Below, piece by piece: positions 9,741 through 16,397 of a stretch of DNA of 23,748 nucleotides. This DNA comes from a bacterium (lineage in GTDB: Bacteria > Patescibacteriota > Patescibacteriia > JBDRHN01): NCBI GenBank assembly GCA_043816765.1, contig JBDRHN010000040.1, positions 1 to 23,748 on the forward strand, in the 5' to 3' direction. The translations under genes and the position numbers were made by a program. Below the pieces are notes generated by a model. That model was not told the origin of the DNA. It did no database searches and saw nothing but the letters and a program-made list of their open reading frames with translations. The number at the start of each line of letters is the position of its first letter. The first letter of the stretch is position 1.

Positions 9741-10367
9741 TCATCTAAAAAGTTTATTGCTTAACTCAATTAAAATTTTATTATTAGATAAACTACAATA
9801 ATTTTTAAATTCTTTTACATCATCATTGGTAAAATTTTCTAAATTTAATCTTTCTTTTTCAGCTATCTGGTCGGCAGTAATTTTTACTTTAAAGTATTTT
9901 ATATACAAATAATCAAATAGCGCCTTAGAAATAGTTGCAATATAAACAGGTTCATTTTTATATAATAATCTTTCATAGCCAGTGTATAATTTTTCAGATA
10001 TGGAATAATAAATGAATTCTCCTAATTTAGCAGAGTATTTGCGTGTTGATTTGGTTGTTATTGAAGTAATAGGATACGTGATGTCTGTTAGTATACCTCT
10101 GCTCTGCAGAACGTAAGCGCCAGAAACATAAGAAGGATAACGTAAAATATTTGCCAAATAATAAAAATATTCTATTTCTGAAATATGTTTTTCTGAGTAT
10201 TCTTTTGTAGTGTAGAAGCCCTTTTTTAGTTTTATAACCTCCCCCCTTTTAATTGAACGGCTTACGTTTTGGCAAATAGATGTTTTTTTAAGATGCGGTA
10301 AAAACGCCTCTAAATGAGAGGTTCTAAAATAAGGTAGTTTAGTTAGTTTTGTAAGTTCTTTTTTCAT
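9741..10367 (-). CDS. AbiEi-family antitoxin / transcriptional autoregulator, module A
   Basis: N-terminal 'SRSIKRGEVIKLKKGFY' fits the AbiEi_4 wHTH motif (RRGELxRxRRGVY). Followed 1 nt later by the AbiEii gene. Paralogous to 14760..15383 (shared 'PSYVSGAYVLQ'/'PSYLSLEFALN', 'KYSAKLGEFIYYSI'/'KYNGEIGNFLYRSI', 'KALFDYLY'/'KALLDFLY'). Confidence 0.65.
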   Translation of the reverse strand: MKKELTKLTKLPYFRTSHLEAFLPHLKKTSICQNVSRSIKRGEVIKLKKGFYTTKEYSEKHISEIEYFYYLANILRYPSYVSGAYVLQSRGILTDITYPITSITTKSTRKYSAKLGEFIYYSISEKLYTGYERLLYKNEPVYIATISKALFDYLYIKYFKVKITADQIAEKERLNLENFTNDDVKEFKNYCSLSNNKILIELSNKLFR

Positions 10368-10425
10368 ATTCTACATTCTATACACTTTATGTATATATTG
10401 TAGAACAAGATAAAATATTTGTCAA
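10368..10425 (-). promoter_or_regulatory. Near-consensus sigma70 promoter (TTGACA-17-TACAAT) plus a palindromic operator-like sequence, upstream of AbiEi-A
   Basis: On the minus strand: TTGACA (plus coordinates 10420-10425), 17-bp spacer, TACAAT (10397-10402). Between the -10 and the ATG: TTCTACA..TATACAtaaagTGTATA..TGTAGAA nested inverted repeats (10368-10405). Confidence 0.5.
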
Positions 10426-10428
10426 TGT

Positions 10429-11517
10429 TTACTGTATCCCCTTAAACATCGGCATGCCGTTGGAAGGATTGATTGGAACATAAATAGTTCCCGCTCTGTC
10501 TTTGAGTTCATTGATATATAGATATTCAAGATATTTTTCGGTCAAACTTTCGTCAATAATTTTTTGCGCGTCGCGTTGTCCAGCGGCTTGGATTCTTTTT
10601 CTTTCCGCTTCTTTTGTTTCCTTGTCCAAAACAAATTCCATTTGTTGCGCGTCTTGGTCAGCCTGCAATTTCTCTTCAATTGATCTTGTGAGTCCTGCTG
10701 GCAAAGAAACGTTTCTCAAGAGAACAGACTCAACGATAATCCCGCGCGGATTGATAACTTGCTCAAGTCTTTTTTGTATTTCAATAGTAAGTTCATTTCT
10801 TTTTTCAGCATAAATATCAACAGCGTTGTATGTCGCTACAATCTCGCGTATACTCGCGCGTATTTCCGGCCTTATGATTATATCGTCATAATCAATGCCT
10901 ATGTCTCTATAAACATCAGATGCTTTTTCTTCTTCTAGATGATATAAAACTGTAAGGTCAAGTCCGATGTTTAGACCTTCTTTTGTGAGAGCCTTGATAG
11001 AATCATCGCCTTGTATTGCGCCTTCGCTTTGAACAACACTCATTGTGTATTCTTCTGTTCTTATACTCATTTTTGTAACTTGCGCGAATGGATTTACAAA
11101 ATGAAGACCCGAACGAAGCTCATTGTCTGCAACTTTTCCAAAAAGATGGTAGACTCCTGTTTCTCCCGCGGGGACGACGACAATCATTGTTGCTATCAAA
11201 AGCGCGACGATAACTAACACAACCGCTCCCGCGATAGCTTTTTTGGGAAATTCTAAATTTATCATATTTTTAATTTTTCCTTCCATAGAATCAAGATCTA
11301 TATAGCCCCGATCAGAATGGTCAGATGATGAATTAAATTTATTATAAGAAATTTTTTTTAATTTTTTAATTTTAGGAACGATAAATAGAGCTAGTAAAAA
11401 AACTATAATAAATAGAATTATCTGCGGTAAAAAATCCGCAATTAATCTAAGAAATACAAACAAAGCAAAAAATATTGCTATGTTCCTTACAAATTTTTGT
11501 TGGCGGGTTGGATTCAT
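10429..11517 (-). CDS. SPFH/band-7 (prohibitin/HflK-like) membrane protein
   Basis: N-terminal hydrophobic transmembrane segments, then a prohibitin-like SPFH domain ('GETGVYHLFGKV...LHFVNPF...IRTEEYTMS...') and a coiled-coil-like 'EEKLQADQDAQQMEFVLDKETKEAERKRIQAAGQRDAQKI'. Confidence 0.85.
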   Translation of the reverse strand: MNPTRQQKFVRNIAIFFALFVFLRLIADFLPQIILFIIVFLLALFIVPKIKKLKKISYNKFNSSSDHSDRGYIDLDSMEGKIKNMINLEFPKKAIAGAVVLVIVALLIATMIVVVPAGETGVYHLFGKVADNELRSGLHFVNPFAQVTKMSIRTEEYTMSVVQSEGAIQGDDSIKALTKEGLNIGLDLTVLYHLEEEKASDVYRDIGIDYDDIIIRPEIRASIREIVATYNAVDIYAEKRNELTIEIQKRLEQVINPRGIIVESVLLRNVSLPAGLTRSIEEKLQADQDAQQMEFVLDKETKEAERKRIQAAGQRDAQKIIDESLTEKYLEYLYINELKDRAGTIYVPINPSNGMPMFKGIQ

Positions 11518-11578
11518 TTTGTATTATTTATTTTCTTTATATTAAGCTTAACATACTTTTTCTTTGAAGTTAAAGCCT

Positions 11579-11611
11579 GTAAAAATTGTCATTCTGATCC
11601 CAGAATGACAG
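11579..11611 (-). terminator. Putative rho-independent terminator of glgA (minus strand)
   Basis: TGTCATTCTG / CAGAATGACA 10-bp stem with a 4-nt loop (plus 11587-11610). On the minus strand it is followed by ATTTTTAC. It lies 42 nt downstream of the glgA stop. Confidence 0.55.
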
Positions 11612-11652
11612 TAAGAGGCGCGCTGACACCTGAATAGTTGCATAATTTAACT

Positions 11653-13107
11653 TTACATTTTTTTAACCTTTTTGTAAACCTCTATATACTCCTTTGCCGC
11701 GTGCTCCCAGCTAAAATCTTTTGTCATACAATTTTTAACCAGTTTATTCCATGCCTTTTTATCATTATAAACTTTAACCGCTTTTTTAACAGCACTCATC
11801 ATTGCGGCGGAATCATATTTTTGGAACACAAATCCAGTTGCATTTTGTAGAGACGCATTGCAATGCGTCTTTACTTTATAATTCATCACAGTATCTTTCA
11901 GCCCGCCCGTCGCTCGCGCAATCGGAACTGATCCATATCGCATAGCGATCAGTTGCCCCAACCCGCACGGCTCATAGCGCGATGGCATTAAAAACATATC
12001 TGATCCCGCGTAAACTTCTTGCGCCAGTTTGGCGTCAAACCCGATTTTAACGCCAAAAATATTTGGATATTTTTCTTTCGCCGCGGCAAAACCTATTTCA
12101 TATTTAGACTCCCCGCTTCCTATGAGAACAAATTGGCAGTTTAGTTTCGCGATATTTTCAATTGAATCAAGAATCATTTCAAGCCCTTTTTGCGGCACTA
12201 ATCTTGTAATCGCGGCAATTAACGGAATATTAGGATTAATTTCTAAACCAAAAATTTTCTGCAGATTTTTTTTATTTATTATTTTTTTGTCCAATGTTTT
12301 TAAATCATATTTTTGTTTAATCGCAGAATCTGTTTTGGGATTGAAAATTTTAAAATCAAGTCCGTTGATAATTCCAACCAGCCTGTCCTCCTTTTTTCTT
12401 TTTTGTAAAATTTTTTCCAGTCCTTCCCCATATTCTTTGGTTAAAATTTCTTTCGCGTAACTGCCGCTCACCGTTGTAACCAAATCAGCGTCCGCGATTC
12501 CTTGCGCCATTGAATTTGCTCTTTTGAAATCAAGCAAATCTTGCGCGCTAATATTAAATTGTTCTAATTCATCTTTTGACGTTTTGCCTTGATACGCTAA
12601 ATTATGAATTGTATAGACTGTTTTTATTTTTTGAAAAAATTTATCTTTGGTTGCAAGTTTTTTCAACATTAACGGAATAAGCGCCGTATGCCAGTCGTTG
12701 CAATGAATAATATCGGTCTTGAAATCTATCGTTTGCATTGATTCTAAAACAAAACGGGAAAAGAAAAAAAATCGCTCCACATCGTTTTTATATCCAAAAA
12801 AATTTTTAAACTGGAAAAAACGATGATCAATAAAATATATTTGCCCCTTGCTGTCTGGAAGTTTTGAAACATAAAGATCAAAATGTTCAGTTGTATTTTT
12901 TAATTTGACCGCGATATTTTTTTTAAACAATTTTAATTTGTATTTTTTGTCATCAATCGCTTTGTAATTGGGCATAATGACGCGACAATCAGCGCCAAAC
13001 TCGTTTAGCGCTTTTGGCAATCCCAAAGAAACATCCCCAAGCCCGCCGCGTTTCAGAAACGGAGCGCATTCGTAAGACGCGAAAAGGATTTTTAGTTTTT
13101 TGTTCAT
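11653..13107 (-). CDS. glgA: Glycogen (starch) synthase, GT5 family
   Basis: N-terminal 'ECAPFLKRGGLGDV' (KTGGLxDV motif), a GT-B fold and 'PSRYEPCGL' near the C-terminus; 484 aa. Confidence 0.9.
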   Translation of the reverse strand: MNKKLKILFASYECAPFLKRGGLGDVSLGLPKALNEFGADCRVIMPNYKAIDDKKYKLKLFKKNIAVKLKNTTEHFDLYVSKLPDSKGQIYFIDHRFFQFKNFFGYKNDVERFFFFSRFVLESMQTIDFKTDIIHCNDWHTALIPLMLKKLATKDKFFQKIKTVYTIHNLAYQGKTSKDELEQFNISAQDLLDFKRANSMAQGIADADLVTTVSGSYAKEILTKEYGEGLEKILQKRKKEDRLVGIINGLDFKIFNPKTDSAIKQKYDLKTLDKKIINKKNLQKIFGLEINPNIPLIAAITRLVPQKGLEMILDSIENIAKLNCQFVLIGSGESKYEIGFAAAKEKYPNIFGVKIGFDAKLAQEVYAGSDMFLMPSRYEPCGLGQLIAMRYGSVPIARATGGLKDTVMNYKVKTHCNASLQNATGFVFQKYDSAAMMSAVKKAVKVYNDKKAWNKLVKNCMTKDFSWEHAAKEYIEVYKKVKKM

Positions 13108-13119
13108 AGTAAATTAATT

Positions 13120-13401
13120 TTATTTCATTAAATCTTCCAGTTCACATGAAAGCAGAGCCGAGCGATTAAGAACAATCTGTTCTTTTCTATTAAAATTATC
13201 GGCTTTCATGCGAATGGTTTTTGTGGTAATTTCATTACCAAGCATAATATTGTTTGCATTTTTAAAATAATCTTCTGTTTTTTGGTAAAAAAGAGTTGCG
13301 TACTTTTTTAATCTATCATTAAGTCTATTTTTCATATTTCCGGTAACTAATTTCAATATTTCAGCATCCGCTCCCGCAATGTCATTAAGTTTTTCTTTCA
13401 A
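13120..13401 (-). CDS. Hypothetical small protein (93 aa). The start is TTG as drawn; its TTGA start overlaps the upstream kinase stop.
   Basis: The ORF begins with TTG at 13401-13399, overlapping the TGA of the 13398..14000 gene, and stops 12 nt before the glgA ATG. No recognisable domain. Confidence 0.35.
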   Translation of the reverse strand: MKEKLNDIAGADAEILKLVTGNMKNRLNDRLKKYATLFYQKTEDYFKNANNIMLGNEITTKTIRMKADNFNRKEQIVLNRSALLSCELEDLMK

Positions 13402-14000
13402 AAAAATAATAAGCTGTTAAGTGTTTCCTCCCCCACCCAGTTCAATATCTTCTCAACCAATTTAAAATCCGGAAGTTTTTTGACCTCAATAACAAGGCAA
13501 GACAGTTTGGTTTTTTTAATTTCTTTTAAATATTCTCTTTGCTGTTTTATGTACCAGCTTGGTTCGCGTAAAATTCTTTCATAATGCGGGTATAAATTTA
13601 AACGGTCTTTGATTCTTTTTTTTAATAATTTCTCGTCTTCATCAAAAACGCACAAAACGATTTTAAAATTATTATTTAATAAAAATTTTTCAACCACTTC
13701 ATATTTTACCTCTTTATTTCTGCGCAGGCGATTATATACAATATCTGAAATATGAAATTTCTCTAAAAGAATATTTTTATTTTTTAATTCCTCTAAAATT
13801 TTGCAATAATGTTGAATAATCGGTTTTCCGTGTTTTGTTCCATAAACTCCGACATCGCAATTAAACCAATGGCATCCGTCCAAAATAACTTTGCTTTTGT
13901 TATATTTTGATTCAAGATGATCATAAACTTGCGACATCAGCCAGCTTTTCCCTGACAACTCCGCTCCTTCAAAAATAAGATGTGTCGATTTGTTTTTCAT
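13398..14000 (-). CDS. P-loop nucleoside/nucleotide-monophosphate-kinase-like protein (dNK/dTMP-kinase fold), 200 aa
   Basis: Walker A 'LIFEGAELSGKSW' at residues 8-20 (compare dTMP kinase 'IxFEGxDGxGKTT' and dNK 'IEGNIGSGKST'). Size, a basic lid-like 'KLLKKRIKDRLNLYPHYE' and a short N-terminal P-loop fit the NMP-kinase fold. Its ATG overlaps the AbiEii-B TGA (ATGA). Confidence 0.65.
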   Translation of the reverse strand: MKNKSTHLIFEGAELSGKSWLMSQVYDHLESKYNKSKVILDGCHWFNCDVGVYGTKHGKPIIQHYCKILEELKNKNILLEKFHISDIVYNRLRRNKEVKYEVVEKFLLNNNFKIVLCVFDEDEKLLKKRIKDRLNLYPHYERILREPSWYIKQQREYLKEIKKTKLSCLVIEVKKLPDFKLVEKILNWVGEETLNSLLFF

Positions 14001-14767
14001 AATTTTTGATCTATATATTGTCTAAAATTCAAAACGCGCGCCTGATCGTCGGGCTTGATTAGAAAAGGAAGAACATCGCGCGTTAAATCTTGCATATCCA
14101 TATCTGCTGTGAAATTCAATAATTTTTCTTTTAAGTCAGTTTTATTTTTTATTTCTAATTTTAATTTTAAATATTCAAAATTAAAATCAGCAAATCCCAT
14201 TAAATAAACCATGTCAAAAAAATCACGCCCCTTTGCTCTTTTCCGCCCCAAAATCGCGGCGACTTTTTGCGATAAAATTATATCAGCTGAAGTTATTTTT
14301 ATATTTCTAAATACGTCAAATTTTTGCAATAAAAAATTTTTTGGTTCGTATTTAAAACCATGCGGAGCGGTATCAACATTAATAAGAATTTTTTCGTTTG
14401 CAAATTCGCTTAAATTATTTTCATGCAATACTTGCGGAATTTTTATGTAACACCGAAATGCTCCCTTGAATACATTTCGTGTTTCCACTTCATAGCCCTC
14501 ATAAGACAGCTCTTTTTTAATGACTGATGATAAATTTTCAAATTCTTCAATATTTAGTTCAAAATTATCAAAATCAAGATCTTCAGAAAACCTTGTGCTG
14601 CCATAACATATTTTAATAGCAGTGCCTCCTAAAAACGACAATTTCCGCCCAACTTCGCTTTTAAAAATTATGTCTAATATTTTATATTGCAAATACTCCC
14701 GCAAAATACTGCGATCAAATCCGTCTAATCGTGGGTAATATTTTTTTAATTCTTCAATGTTAATCAT
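13997..14767 (-). CDS. AbiEii/AbiGii-family nucleotidyltransferase toxin, module B
   Basis: 'LSFLGGTAIKICYGSTRFSEDLDFDNF' is the DUF1814 hallmark. Paralogue of 8843..9739. 8-bp overlap with the upstream AbiEi-B gene. Confidence 0.75.
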   Translation of the reverse strand: MINIEELKKYYPRLDGFDRSILREYLQYKILDIIFKSEVGRKLSFLGGTAIKICYGSTRFSEDLDFDNFELNIEEFENLSSVIKKELSYEGYEVETRNVFKGAFRCYIKIPQVLHENNLSEFANEKILINVDTAPHGFKYEPKNFLLQKFDVFRNIKITSADIILSQKVAAILGRKRAKGRDFFDMVYLMGFADFNFEYLKLKLEIKNKTDLKEKLLNFTADMDMQDLTRDVLPFLIKPDDQARVLNFRQYIDQKL

Positions 14768-15383
14768 TTTTTATATTTAAAATTTTATTTAATATTTTAA
14801 TTTTTTTTGTTAAAATTTTTGAATTAAATTGCTGTAAATAATTTTTTAATTTTTTTTGATCTATAATTTCTTTGTATTCATATTCATTTACGCGCAATTC
14901 GTATAAATCATTTTCATTTTTTATATCTTTTCTTGAATACAAAAAATCAAGCAGGGCTTTTTCCGGTTCTGCGATCTTGAAAGCTAAATTATTGAATTTA
15001 ATGAATTTATATCCAAAGAAGAATTGTTCTTTTATGCTGCGATATAAAAAATTTCCGATTTCTCCGTTATATTTTTTTGTTTTCTTAGAAGTGATACTTG
15101 TTCTCCAAAACACTATTTCAGGAATTAATGAATAATAGTTCAACGCAAATTCTAAACTTAGATAAGATGGCTCGCATAGTTTGTTGGCGATGAAATTAAT
15201 TTCATAATCAGTGAATTTTCTGTTTTTTATTATATAAAATTTATTTATCACTTTATCTAAATAACCATTTTTTTGCCACTCATAAAGCCGCCGCGTATCA
15301 AAATCCGGATAAATATTTTTTATATTTTCTAATTCAATTAAAGGATAATCTTTAAATTTATTATAAAAATCTATATACTTCAT
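14760..15383 (-). CDS. AbiEi-family antitoxin, module B
   Basis: 'EWQKNGYLDKVINKFYII' matches the AbiEi_4 wHTH motif. Paralogous to 9741..10367. Overlaps AbiEii-B by 8 bp. Confidence 0.65.
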   Translation of the reverse strand: MKYIDFYNKFKDYPLIELENIKNIYPDFDTRRLYEWQKNGYLDKVINKFYIIKNRKFTDYEINFIANKLCEPSYLSLEFALNYYSLIPEIVFWRTSITSKKTKKYNGEIGNFLYRSIKEQFFFGYKFIKFNNLAFKIAEPEKALLDFLYSRKDIKNENDLYELRVNEYEYKEIIDQKKLKNYLQQFNSKILTKKIKILNKILNIKND

Positions 15384-15392
15384 TTCATTTTT

Positions 15393-15449
15393 TAGTTATT
15401 TTTAACTAATCTCTGAAATAATTATATCAAATTAAGTTTTTGCTGTCAA
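15393..15449 (-). promoter_or_regulatory. Consensus sigma70 promoter (TTGACA-17-TATAAT) plus a palindromic operator-like site, upstream of AbiEi-B. The -35 element lies inside the 3' end of the RsuA-type gene.
   Basis: Minus strand: TTGACA (plus 15444-15449), 17-bp spacer, TATAAT (15421-15426). Then TAGTTA-tttt-TAACTA inverted repeat (15393-15408) between the -10 and the ATG at 15383. Confidence 0.5.
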
Positions 15450-16190
15450 ATCTTCTGCTTCTTGTTTGCTTAAAACCTCAAACCCCCCCTCTTTTAGATC
15501 GCCCAATTTTAAACCGCCAATTCTGACACGTTGCAAATCTTTAACATCATACCCCATTTTTTTAAACATCTCCCTGATTTGGCGTTTTTTGCCCATTGTA
15601 AGAATTATTGAGAATTTATTGTTGTTTAAATATTTTATCTCTTTTGCCTTTGCCATGCCGTCCGGTATTCTTATTCCCGATTGAAATTTCTCTAAGATTG
15701 TTTTAACCACCCTCCGCCGGCTGGCGGACCCCTTGTCGGTGGGGATTATTGAAACCAAATATTCCTTTTCATGTCCAAAACTCGGATGCGTTAGTTTTTG
15801 GACAAGGTCTCCGTCGTTGGTGAGCAGAACCAATCCGCGGCTGTTTTTGTCTAATCTGCCCGCCGCAAAAAGCCTGTTGGTATTTTGTGGAAAAGCTGTG
15901 AGAAGTTCAAAAATATTTTTTTCTCCTTTGAATTTTCTGTTTGTGCATGTGTAGCCGATCGGTTTATTGAGTTTAATATAAATCAAATTTTCTGGTTGTT
16001 CTGGCGAATAGTTAAGGACTGTCGTTCTGTTTTGGGCAACGACTTCAACTTTATCATTTTCGTCAACTTTCATTCCCAGTTCAGCTAATTTCCCGTTTAC
16101 TTTTATTTTTTTTTCTTTAATTAAATCGCCGGCTTTTCGTCTTGAACAATGCCCGCTGGCGGCGATGAATTTTTGTAAGTTTATTTTCAT
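15432..16190 (-). CDS. Pseudouridine synthase, RsuA/RluB family (S4 domain plus PseudoU_synth_2)
   Basis: N-terminal S4-like 'LQKFIAASGHCSRRKAGDLI' and catalytic 'AAGRLDKNSRGLVLLTNDGDL' (Asp in GRLD); 252 aa. Confidence 0.85.
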   Translation of the reverse strand: MKINLQKFIAASGHCSRRKAGDLIKEKKIKVNGKLAELGMKVDENDKVEVVAQNRTTVLNYSPEQPENLIYIKLNKPIGYTCTNRKFKGEKNIFELLTAFPQNTNRLFAAGRLDKNSRGLVLLTNDGDLVQKLTHPSFGHEKEYLVSIIPTDKGSASRRRVVKTILEKFQSGIRIPDGMAKAKEIKYLNNNKFSIILTMGKKRQIREMFKKMGYDVKDLQRVRIGGLKLGDLKEGGFEVLSKQEAEDLTAKT

Positions 16191-16271
16191 GGTTATTAAA
16201 ATTTAAACTTGAACACTTTTAAATTACTCTAATAAATATTTCATTTACTTTTAGCAAACTATCTTGGCGGC

Positions 16272-16338
16272 TTCATTGCTTCATTGTTGCATTGTTAAAA
16301 CCTGCAACAATGAAGCAATGAAACAACAAAGTTGTTTT
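16272..16338. repeat. 20-bp perfect inverted repeat (11-nt spacer) built from CATTG iterations, plus an adjacent small hairpin and a T-run
   Basis: TTCATTGCTTCATTGTTGCA (16272-16291) ... TGCAACAATGAAGCAATGAA (16303-16322), then CAAC-aaa-GTTG TTTT (16324-16338). The arms contain CATTG repeated at 8-9-bp spacing. Confidence 0.6.
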
Positions 16339-16397
16339 AAAAGATAAAATTAGTTAATTTGTATATACTATTCAAAAACGCTAAGTTTGATTAAACG

